Shown: positions 39,222 through 47,189 of the stretch, in pieces
Layout: each line of letters begins with the position of its first letter
How positions within the stretch are numbered: the first letter of the stretch is position 1
Assembly: GCA_903837175.1 (NCBI GenBank)
Contig: CAILTR010000050.1
Coordinates: forward strand, 17,513-81,512
DNA: 64,000 bases
Source: an uncultured bacterium
Lineage (GTDB): Bacteria; Patescibacteriota; Minisyncoccia; Moranbacterales; GWC2-37-73
Direction of reading: 5' to 3'
The notes under the pieces: generated by a model
Database searches by the model: none
Seen by the model: only the letters and a program-made list of their open reading frames with translations
What the model was told of the DNA's origin: nothing
Position numbers and translations under genes: made by a program

Positions 39222-40334
39222 CTATTTTTCCTCCAAATTAGTAAATTTTGAAATATTAAGCAAAATTCCAACGGCGGCCATTAGAAAAATAATAGAAGTT
39301 CCGCCATAGCTGATAAAAGGCAGCGGAATTCCCGTTAGCGGAACTAGGGCAATATTGGCCCCAATATTAATAAAAGCTTGTAAGGTTATCCACATCGTAA
39401 TGCCAGTAGCAATTAAGCGGCCGAAAGCATCTGGGGCATTCTTGGCAATCTTAAGACCTCGCAGGGCCAACATGATAAACAAAACGATTAAAAAGATGCC
39501 GCCAATCAGACCCAGCTCCTCGCCAATCACCGCAAAAATTGAATCGCCAACTGGCTCTGGTAAATAATTAAATTTTTGCCGACTATGTCCGAGCCCAAGC
39601 CCTAAAAAGCCGCCACTACCCACTGCCAGTAAGGCTTGATTAATCTGGTAGCCAATCCCACGCGGGTCAGCTCCGGGATCCAGGAAAGTAGAAAGTCTGT
39701 CAAAACGATACGGCTCCAATTTTATTAAAATCCAAAGAGCTAAAGTTCCTGCTAGCCCCATCGAAAAAAGATGCTTGAGCCTGGCCCCAGAAACAAAAAA
39801 CATCGCAAAAGAAGTCAGGATAATAACGCCTAGCGTGCCCATATCTGGCTGCTTGATAATTAAAAAACCAATCAAGCCCATGATACCCAAAAATGGTAGC
39901 AACCCTTCAAAAACATCTTTAATTTTCTGACTACCTTTACTCTCAAACCAAGCTGCTAGATAAATAATCACGGCTAACTTTGCCATTTCCGAAGGTTGAA
40001 AAGAAAATGGCCCAAGGTAAATCCAACGACTTGCCCCATAAACCTTTGAACCAACCCCTGGCACAAAGACTAAAACTAAACAGACTATGGCCGATAAAAA
40101 GAATAGCACCGCAAATTTTTTCCAAAAATGATAATCGACTTTCTGAAAAAGGTATAAAACAAAAAATCCAGGCAAAATTCCATAGAAAAGCTGATGTTTA
40201 AAAAAATAGTAACCCTCCCCAAAACGCGTCTGCGAATAAATTACCCCCGCGCTTGAAATCATCACCAAACCAAAAGCTAGCAGCGTCAGCACTGTAAAAA
40301 ATAAAGTCTTATCGAATTGTTTTTCGTTATGCAT
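39222..40334 (-). CDS. ftsW: FtsW (SEDS family)
   Basis: QPSEMAK, QPDMGT, YLPE...DSIFAVIGEELG, PFISYGG; next to murG. Confidence 0.93.
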   Translation of the reverse strand: MHNEKQFDKTLFFTVLTLLAFGLVMISSAGVIYSQTRFGEGYYFFKHQLFYGILPGFFVLYLFQKVDYHFWKKFAVLFFLSAIVCLVLVFVPGVGSKVYGASRWIYLGPFSFQPSEMAKLAVIIYLAAWFESKGSQKIKDVFEGLLPFLGIMGLIGFLIIKQPDMGTLGVIILTSFAMFFVSGARLKHLFSMGLAGTLALWILIKLEPYRFDRLSTFLDPGADPRGIGYQINQALLAVGSGGFLGLGLGHSRQKFNYLPEPVGDSIFAVIGEELGLIGGIFLIVLFIMLALRGLKIAKNAPDAFGRLIATGITMWITLQAFINIGANIALVPLTGIPLPFISYGGTSIIFLMAAVGILLNISKFTNLEEK

Positions 40335-40335
40335 A

Positions 40336-40594
40336 AACCGATACGAAACTACGAATTAAATACGAATCTACGAAAATTATGCTAATACAAACCTACAAAT
40401 CGAATCCAAATCTACGAAATTTTATTATCAAGCGAAGCGAGAGGAACAAAAGTATTCTTTCGATTCCGAGCTCTGCCTGACGGCTTGTCTACTGGGAGGC
40501 ATGCAAACAGGGAGCGACGATAACAAAAGTATCAATGCACCTTTTTTGATTTTTTTTCGTAGATTCGTACCCTCATTCGTAGTTTCGAATCGGT
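40336..40594. repeat. family B inverted arms enclosing a family E element
   Basis: ACCGATACGAAACTACGAAT... and ...ATTCGTAGTTTCGAATCGGT arms. Confidence 0.75.
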
Positions 40595-40606
40595 AAACTC
40601 AGATAA

Positions 40607-41293
40607 TTATTTTTTACCACCCGCATTATTCTCCCGCCACTTTTCAATCTCTTTATGATTACCACCAAGCAAAACTTCGGGAACTTTCCAACCATTAAAT
40701 TCTTCTGGCTTAGAGTATTGAGCGTGTTCCAAATAGCCCTCCTGACTATGGGATTCATAAACTGCGCTCTCTTCGTTGCCAAGCACCCCAGGCAGTAGTC
40801 GTGTCACACTGTCCACTACCAGCATCGCCGGAATTTCGCCACCAGTCAGCACGAAATCTCCGACAGAAATCTCTTCATCGACGATGTTTTGAGCAACTCG
40901 CTCATCAACTCCTTCATATCGCCCGCAAATCAAAATTAACTGATCATACTTTGCCAACCTCTCCGCATCTTTTTGGGTATATCTTTTACCCTTGGCCGAA
41001 AAAAGTATCGTTCGCATGGATGACTGATTGCCTGTCTGCCGACGAGGCAGGCTGATGACTGATGACTTTTTAATTGCATTTATGCAATTAAAAATTGGTT
41101 CAACCCGCATCACCATTCCAGCGCCTCCCCCATACGGCGTGTCGTCAATATTGCGATGCTTATTCTCAGTGTAATCTCTTAAATTATGAGCCTGAATTTC
41201 AATCGTCCCACTTTCTTTGGCGCGTTTAATAATCGACTCGCCGAAATAGCTGTCGAAAATCTCTGGAAAAATTGTCAGAATATCAAAACGCAT
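40607..41293 (-). CDS. trmD: tRNA (guanine-N1)-methyltransferase, with in-frame repeat insertion
   Basis: DDTPYGGGAGM, CGRYEGVDERV, SVGDFVLTGGE. Confidence 0.97.
   Translation of the reverse strand: MRFDILTIFPEIFDSYFGESIIKRAKESGTIEIQAHNLRDYTENKHRNIDDTPYGGGAGMVMRVEPIFNCINAIKKSSVISLPRRQTGNQSSMRTILFSAKGKRYTQKDAERLAKYDQLILICGRYEGVDERVAQNIVDEEISVGDFVLTGGEIPAMLVVDSVTRLLPGVLGNEESAVYESHSQEGYLEHAQYSKPEEFNGWKVPEVLLGGNHKEIEKWRENNAGGKK
41031..41051 (-). repeat. 21-nt palindrome CCTGCCTCGTCGGCAGACAGG inside trmD
   Basis: Identical on the coding strand to 42119..42139 in folC. Confidence 0.85.
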
Positions 41294-41359
41294 AAAAATT
41301 AGTTATAAAATTTAAAGTAATAAAGTTGAAAGTTATAAAGTGGAAAGTGGAAACATTTC

Positions 41360-41393
41360 AGAGGCTAAGCCTCCCCTTAGAGGCTTAGCCTCT
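41360..41393. repeat. REP-like doublet (copy of 3939..3972)
   Basis: AGAGGCTAAGCCTCCCCTTAGAGGCTTAGCCTCT. Confidence 0.75.
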
Positions 41394-41494
41394 AGAGTAC
41401 TACCCAACAATAGTAATTTTAACACAGTATCTTGAAAGAAAAAAGCACTACAGAATTTGCAAATTTTAGCCACCCTCGCTATGATTACCTAACT

Positions 41495-42892
41495 ATGCAA
41501 ATCAAGACTATGCCACAATTTGAAGCCTACCTCAAAGCCCGCATTCCAACGCGAGAGGCTTTATTTGTGGGAGACTTAGGCTTGCAAAGAGCCAAATATT
41601 TTATGCGAGTATTGGGCAACCCGCAAAACAAAATTAAAGTAATCCACATCGCCGGCACTTCAGGCAAAGGCTCGACCGCTTATTTAACCAGCCACCTTTT
41701 GCAAAGCCAAGGTTTTCGGGTTGGACTTTCAATTTCCCCCCATATTTTTGACATTCGCGAACGTTTGCAAATTAATAACAAATTACCAAGTAAAAAATTA
41801 ATTTTAAAGTATTTCAATCAAATCCTGCCGACAATTTTAAAAATGGAAAAATGCCGCTATGGCATGCCAACCTATTTCGAAATTCTGGTCGGCCTAGCTT
41901 ACTATATTTTCGCCCAAGAAAAAATCGACTACGGCATTATAGAGACTGGCCTTGGAGGTCGGCTCGATGGAACCAATACAGTCACCAATAAAAATAAAAT
42001 CTGCATCCTCACAAAAATCGGACTTGACCACACTGAAATTCTCGGCAACACCCTAGCCAAAATTGCCAGTGAAAAAGCTGGCATCATTCAGAATCAAAAT
42101 GCAGTAATCAGCCATCAGCCTGCCTCGTCGGCAGACAGGTCATCAGTAACCATTAACCAGCTAATTGTTACTAAATGCCGAGAAAAGAGTGCAACTTTAT
42201 ATTTGATAAAACCTCGAAAAAATTATCAGCTAATCACTTCGACCCAAGCAGGAACTTTTTTTGATTTCACCTATGCCGTTGACGGCTCGGAGCTTAGCTC
42301 CGAAACTATACTCAATTTTAAAAACATTAAACTAAACTTGCTAGGTTTCCACCAAGTCGAAAACTGCTCCCTAGCTTTAACTTGTCTTTCACTTTTATCA
42401 AAGCGTGATAAATTCCCAATCAACGAAAAAAAAATGCGCATCGCCCTGCAAAAAATTTCCATCCCAGGCCGGATGGAAATTCGCAAAAACGGCAAAAACT
42501 TTCTCATTATTGACGGAGCGCATAATCCCCAGAAAATGACCACCTTCATTACTAGCCTAAAACTTATCTTTCCTGACCAAAAATTTGATTTTATTTTAGC
42601 CTTCAAAAAAGGCAAAGATTTTAAGCGGATCCTAAAAAAAATTCTCCCACTCGCCAACCACGTTTTTCTCACGAGCTTCTCAACCTCTAACCAAGATGAC
42701 CATTGGAGTTCTGTTAATAACGCTGAAATTGCAAACTATTTTAAAAAAGAAAAATTCAAAAACTTTTCCATTATTAAAAATAACGAAGCAGAGGTCCTTG
42801 CCGCTATTCAAAGCTCAAAGAAATCCATCGTCCTTACTGGCTCACTTTATCTGATTGGTTCAGTTTATGCTTATCTAAATAAAGCAAATTAA
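41495..42892 (+). CDS. folC: folylpolyglutamate synthase/dihydrofolate synthase
   Basis: HIAGTSGKGST, ETGLGGRLDGTN, DHTEILG, EKAGII, DGAHNP, TGSLYL. Confidence 0.92.
   Translation: MQIKTMPQFEAYLKARIPTREALFVGDLGLQRAKYFMRVLGNPQNKIKVIHIAGTSGKGSTAYLTSHLLQSQGFRVGLSISPHIFDIRERLQINNKLPSKKLILKYFNQILPTILKMEKCRYGMPTYFEILVGLAYYIFAQEKIDYGIIETGLGGRLDGTNTVTNKNKICILTKIGLDHTEILGNTLAKIASEKAGIIQNQNAVISHQPASSADRSSVTINQLIVTKCREKSATLYLIKPRKNYQLITSTQAGTFFDFTYAVDGSELSSETILNFKNIKLNLLGFHQVENCSLALTCLSLLSKRDKFPINEKKMRIALQKISIPGRMEIRKNGKNFLIIDGAHNPQKMTTFITSLKLIFPDQKFDFILAFKKGKDFKRILKKILPLANHVFLTSFSTSNQDDHWSSVNNAEIANYFKKEKFKNFSIIKNNEAEVLAAIQSSKKSIVLTGSLYLIGSVYAYLNKAN
42119..42139 (+). repeat. 21-nt palindrome inside folC
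   Basis: CCTGCCTCGTCGGCAGACAGG within a xxATCAG heptamer tract. Confidence 0.85.
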
Positions 42893-42895
42893 ACT

Positions 42896-43087
42896 TTACT
42901 TTAAACTATTTTCTTTAAATTCTTTAACAGCCAATGTTTCCTCAATAACTTCACCTTTATATAATTTTTGCAAGAGAAGTGGCACGGCGCAGTTTTCACA
43001 TTTTCCCCAAGCGCAACTAGCCTTCTTTTTAAACATTTTTTGGCACAAGGAAATTTCAGTATCAAATGTTTCTTTTGAAATTAGCAT
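42896..43087 (-). CDS. small Cys-rich hypothetical protein
   Basis: 63 aa, C..CAWGKCENC motif, tightly packed after the ASCH gene. Confidence 0.6.
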   Translation of the reverse strand: MLISKETFDTEISLCQKMFKKKASCAWGKCENCAVPLLLQKLYKGEVIEETLAVKEFKENSLK

Positions 43088-43091
43088 AGCA

Positions 43092-43352
43092 TTATTTAAA
43101 GGATATTATTTGATAACCATATTTTTCAACATCTTCTTCGCTCCAAAAGCTCAGATCTTTTGTTTTTAAAATATAAGAAACTTCTTTTTCTAAAACTCTT
43201 CCAGTTAGCTCTTTAGTTTCTGGATTCCACTCACTTAAGATTAAAATGTCACCCTCTTCACATTTCCAATCAGCAAGTCAAAGTTCATATTTTTTGTCGC
43301 CATCCAATAATTTCTGAAAATACTGTGGCCAAACTTTTTTCTCAATACGCAT
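43092..43352 (-). pseudogene. ASCH/DUF3850-like protein with an in-frame TGA
   Basis: Manual translation MRIEKKVWPQYFQKLLDGDKKYEL*LADWKCEEGDILILSEW...; TGA at 43278..43280. Confidence 0.8.
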
Positions 43353-43361
43353 AATGATATT

Positions 43362-44267
43362 TTATATTATTTTTAATTCCTCTAACCACTCTCGCCAAAC
43401 TGGCTCAAGACCTGGACTAGTTTTCCAATCTTCGTTGGAAATTTCTCCAGCTAAATATTGCTCGCAACGCTTGGCAAGTTTTCTTAGCTCATCAACACTA
43501 ACCCATTTGAGCTGTTTCGTTTCAGAAAGACTACAATTAAGTTCGCCCTCAACCTCAACCTCAAAAATCTGCCAGAAGTGCCAGGTGCCATCAATTCTGC
43601 GACAAGGATTTTCTTTGCGACCTTTGCCTAATAATTTCAATGCCTTAACCGCAAGCCCAGTTTCCTCAAACAACTCGACCCTCGCCACTTCTTCAAAGCT
43701 CTCATTCCCATCCAAGTGCCCAGCTGGCAACGCAAAAGCAAATGGAAATTTCATTCGCTCAAGCAAAAGAATTTTCTCATCTTTTCGAACAAGCATCCCA
43801 ACACTCTTATGATCGCAAATTTTTGCCCCAATTAAATATGGTTTGAGTTTTTCAAAATCTCCCTCCAAGGATACGTCAAACATCGCCTTAATTTCATCGG
43901 CATAGGAAACTTCTTCTGGCACCGAGTTGAGCAAGAAAATCTTTTTGTTGTTCACATGGGCAAACCCTATTTCCATAAGGGTATTGCCACCAACATAGTT
44001 TTTGATGCCTTTTTTGTCAAAATTTAGAACTAAAATTCCGTCACTTGAGCAAATAGCATCATAATACCATTTGATATAACCTTGTGCCTTTTTAGCTTGA
44101 TAATGCTCACCGCCTGAAATTTGATTCCAAATTTCCTGCTTTTCACCTTTCACAAAAGCTTCATAATCAGGATGCACAATAGCTTCATGACCCATCGCAA
44201 AAATTTTATCACGATATTCTAACATTTGTTCCTTGAAAGCTGAGCTTCCACAAATTGTAATTTTCAT
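43362..44267 (-). CDS. nucleoside deoxyribosyltransferase-like domain fused to a Nudix hydrolase
   Basis: ICGS, DGILVLN, YVGGNTLMEIGFA; Nudix box GHLDGNESFEEVARVELFEETGL. Confidence 0.75.
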   Translation of the reverse strand: MKITICGSSAFKEQMLEYRDKIFAMGHEAIVHPDYEAFVKGEKQEIWNQISGGEHYQAKKAQGYIKWYYDAICSSDGILVLNFDKKGIKNYVGGNTLMEIGFAHVNNKKIFLLNSVPEEVSYADEIKAMFDVSLEGDFEKLKPYLIGAKICDHKSVGMLVRKDEKILLLERMKFPFAFALPAGHLDGNESFEEVARVELFEETGLAVKALKLLGKGRKENPCRRIDGTWHFWQIFEVEVEGELNCSLSETKQLKWVSVDELRKLAKRCEQYLAGEISNEDWKTSPGLEPVWREWLEELKII

Positions 44268-44367
44268 ATTATTTTTAAATGTGATGATTCATCTTTTTTA
44301 AATCCTCGCCCAAAATAATTGATTGTATTGCAATTAATTCATCCGTATATGAAAATATTCAAATAAA

Positions 44368-44778
44368 TTATCCCACGAGTTTTAGGTTTCCCCCTAAAAT
44401 AACTGGCCTTGTTATTTTTATCTCCAAAGCATAACGCAAGATATTTTCAGCTGGAATTTCATACAACAAAAAAATTTTCTTGTCCAAGTGTCTTGCCAAA
44501 CCAATTTCCATCAAAGTTGCTCCCCCGACATATCCGTCGATTCCATTTTTTGGATAATTTAAAACCACAATCGCCTCGCTAGCCGCGACCTTCTTAAAAC
44601 AACTCTTATCTATGTCAGTTAAAATGCAATGTTCAAAATCCATATTTAAATTTGGATTCTCAACACATTCATGAGTATCACATGGAATCATAACCTCGTG
44701 TCCAATTTCTGCAAGAATTTTCTGAGCTTCCAACATTTCCTTTGCAAAACCCATACTGCCACAGATCATAATCTTCAT
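44368..44778 (-). CDS. nucleoside deoxyribosyltransferase-like protein
   Basis: ICGS, EAIVVLN, YVGGATLMEIGLA; paralog of the adjacent N-terminal domain. Confidence 0.7.
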   Translation of the reverse strand: MKIMICGSMGFAKEMLEAQKILAEIGHEVMIPCDTHECVENPNLNMDFEHCILTDIDKSCFKKVAASEAIVVLNYPKNGIDGYVGGATLMEIGLARHLDKKIFLLYEIPAENILRYALEIKITRPVILGGNLKLVG

Positions 44779-44824
44779 AAAAATTATTTTCAAAAAAATT
44801 ATTGCATTCTTATTTCCTAAAAAC

Positions 44825-44884
44825 CTAAAAGCTAATGAAGTTTACCCCGTGGCAAATGCCACTGGGGCTATAAGCTAAAAGCTA
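44825..44884. repeat. lysS 3' arm of a 33-bp inverted repeat, interrupted by a 27-nt hairpin
   Basis: CTAAAAGCTAATGAAG[44841..44867]CTATAAGCTAAAAGCTA. Confidence 0.8.
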
Positions 44885-46333
44885 TTCCCGCTCTTTCATT
44901 GGCGGGAAAATTACACATTCACGGATTGATTTATCCATTAAAAAAGAAAAGAAGCGCTCACTAAGTCCAAAACCAAAAGCAGGTGGCATGCCATATTCCA
45001 GGGCTTCGACAAAATCTTCATCAATCATTTGCGCTTCCGCGTCACCTGCCTCTCGCAGAGCCATTTGGTCCTCGAAGCGGGCTTTTTGATCAATTGGGTC
45101 ATTTAGCTCTGCAAAGGCATTACAAAGCTCAGCTGTACCAGCTACGATTTGAAAACGCAAAACTTTCTTAGGATTGGTTGGATCCTTTTTAGCTAGGGGT
45201 GAAACTTCGAGCGGATGTCCAACTAAAAAACAAGGTTGAATCATTTTTAGGCGCACAGTTTTTTTATAGATCGTATCAATCATCCGGCCTTTACCATAGG
45301 ATTTTTCGTATTTAATTCCAAGTTCGTCGGCTTTCGCCATTAAGTTTTGAACGGAAATATCCTGCGACAAGTCCAAGCCAGTTTCTTTTTCAAACGCTTC
45401 AAAATAGTCCACAACTGGAAAAGGTTTTTCCCAATCAATCGAAGCTCCCTCATACTGCGTAACCAAACCACCAGTAACATTTTTCACAACTTCTCTGGTC
45501 ATTTTTTCCGAAAATTCCATCCCAGTTTTTAAATCCCAATAAGCTGCATAAAATTCCATGTGATCGAATTCCTGTAAGTGATGCCTATCAATGCCCTCAT
45601 TGCGAAAAACTCGTCCAATTTCAAAAACTTTCTCATAACCGCCCACCAATAACCTTTTCAAAGAAAGCTCCAGAGAGATTCGCATAAAAAAATCTCGGTC
45701 AAGCGCGTTGTGATGCGTAATGAAAGGCTCCGCGTCAGCTCCGCCAGGTGTGTGCTCAAAGACAGGATTCTGCACTTCCAAAAAACCAGTCGTAGCTAAA
45801 AAATTTCGAATCGTTTGCCAGAAAATATTTTTCTTGCGAAAAAGTTCTCTCGTATCAGGATTTATCATCAAATCCAAATACCTTTTTCGCAAAAGTTCTT
45901 CTTCATCTTTAATTCCAAAATGCTCCGTTGGAATTGGGCGAATATTTTTACTAAGCATTTTCCAATCAGTCACCTTCAATGATCTCTCTTCGGTTTTCGT
46001 CAAAAATAACTGTCCAGTCACCTGCACAAAATCTCCCAAATCAACATTCTTCACAAAAAGTTTAAACAATTCTTCCAGCATATTGCCCTTGTTCAAAAAA
46101 AGTTGCATCTTGCCAGACTCATCTTCAATGTTAGCAAAAGCGCTGCCGCCCATTGGTCGCATCGAACGCACTCGTCCAACTAAAGTAACTGCTCGTTCTC
46201 CTATTTCATCAAACTTCTCTAACGCCTCGGCATTTTTAAAATCCCGCTGAGTTTTTTCCGGATAAGCTTCCATGCCAAACTCCCTAACTTGATTTAATTT
46301 TTCAATTTTTACCTGTAAAATATCTTCTCGCAT
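44882..46333 (-). CDS. lysS: lysyl-tRNA synthetase, class II
   Basis: RKRYLDL, GGADAEPF, FRNEGID, YGMPPAFGFG. Confidence 0.96.
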   Translation of the reverse strand: MREDILQVKIEKLNQVREFGMEAYPEKTQRDFKNAEALEKFDEIGERAVTLVGRVRSMRPMGGSAFANIEDESGKMQLFLNKGNMLEELFKLFVKNVDLGDFVQVTGQLFLTKTEERSLKVTDWKMLSKNIRPIPTEHFGIKDEEELLRKRYLDLMINPDTRELFRKKNIFWQTIRNFLATTGFLEVQNPVFEHTPGGADAEPFITHHNALDRDFFMRISLELSLKRLLVGGYEKVFEIGRVFRNEGIDRHHLQEFDHMEFYAAYWDLKTGMEFSEKMTREVVKNVTGGLVTQYEGASIDWEKPFPVVDYFEAFEKETGLDLSQDISVQNLMAKADELGIKYEKSYGKGRMIDTIYKKTVRLKMIQPCFLVGHPLEVSPLAKKDPTNPKKVLRFQIVAGTAELCNAFAELNDPIDQKARFEDQMALREAGDAEAQMIDEDFVEALEYGMPPAFGFGLSERFFSFLMDKSIRECVIFPPMKERE

Positions 46334-46338
46334 AAAAA

Positions 46339-46371
46339 TAGCTTTTAGCTTATAGCTTCATTAGCTTTTAG
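46339..46371. repeat. lysS 5' arm of the 33-bp inverted repeat
   Basis: TAGCTTTTAGCTTATAGCTTCATTAGCTTTTAG. Confidence 0.8.
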
Positions 46372-46529
46372 CCTTTCGAAAATAAAAAAATTAAATTTGA
46401 TTTAATACAAGCGAAGAAATCAAAACTTATTTCTTGAGTTTAATTCGAAAAAAATAGTTTTAACTTCGCTTCAACACTTAAACCTAATATACAATCACAT
46501 CATAGCCCTTTTCAACTCTTTTGGCAAAC

Positions 46530-46557
46530 AAAAAACCCGCCAACGAGGCGGATTTTT
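46530..46557 (-). terminator. intrinsic terminator after greA
   Basis: CCGCC/GGCGG stem flanked by A- and T-runs. Confidence 0.7.
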
Positions 46558-46571
46558 AAGAAAAAATTTCT

Positions 46572-47030
46572 TTATCGAACTTCGATAATTTTATAAGCAA
46601 TAGTCTCGCCTTTTGGAGTCAGCACGCTAACATTATCCCCGCCAGTATGTCCCATGAAGGCCTTGCCCAATGGTGATTCATTAGAAATTTTAAAACTTGC
46701 CGGGTCAGCCTCATTTGAGCCAACAATTGTAAATTCCATCTCATTTCCACCAGTCTTAACATTCACAACTGAACCAATTTGAGCACCTTTCACTTTTTCA
46801 TCTTTTTCAACCACTTGAGAATTTTTAACAATCATCTCCAACTCACTGATTCGAGATTCATTTTCGTTTTGTTGAGATTTAGCTTCAGAATATTCAGCGT
46901 TCTCGCTTAAATCTCCTTGCTCTTTAGCTTCTTTAATCGCCTGCGCAATTTCTTGCCTGAGTTTTGTTTTACGCTCCTCTAATTCTTCATTAAGTTTTCT
47001 AAGTCCATCTTTCGTAATAAGTCGTACCAT
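46572..47030 (-). CDS. greA: transcription elongation factor GreA
   Basis: GDLSENAEY, ISNESPLGKA. Confidence 0.96.
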   Translation of the reverse strand: MVRLITKDGLRKLNEELEERKTKLRQEIAQAIKEAKEQGDLSENAEYSEAKSQQNENESRISELEMIVKNSQVVEKDEKVKGAQIGSVVNVKTGGNEMEFTIVGSNEADPASFKISNESPLGKAFMGHTGGDNVSVLTPKGETIAYKIIEVR

Positions 47031-47112
47031 ATTTTTAATTTATTTATTGATTAAAAAATATCGCACGCATTGGCGATAAGTTTATAATTATAATTATTTT
47101 GACAGCTCAGCA

Positions 47113-47141
47113 ATGATACACAAAAATCCCCACCCTGTCAA
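47113..47141 (-). promoter_or_regulatory. promoter TTGACA-17-TATCAT for greA
   Basis: Perfect -35, 17-nt spacer, 5/6 -10. Confidence 0.65.
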
Positions 47142-47189
47142 TAACAGCAGAAAAGCCCTATTTTCACAGGATAAATTAAAGAAAAACTA

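Noticed and set aside
43278-43280. TGA recoding (genetic code 25 or selenocysteine)
   Set aside because: TGA ends adk, pgk, mraY and ispH at expected positions, and the site matches Arg rather than Gly or Cys.
46372-46530. T-box or lysine riboswitch before lysS
   Set aside because: No T-box consensus or riboswitch core could be recognised.
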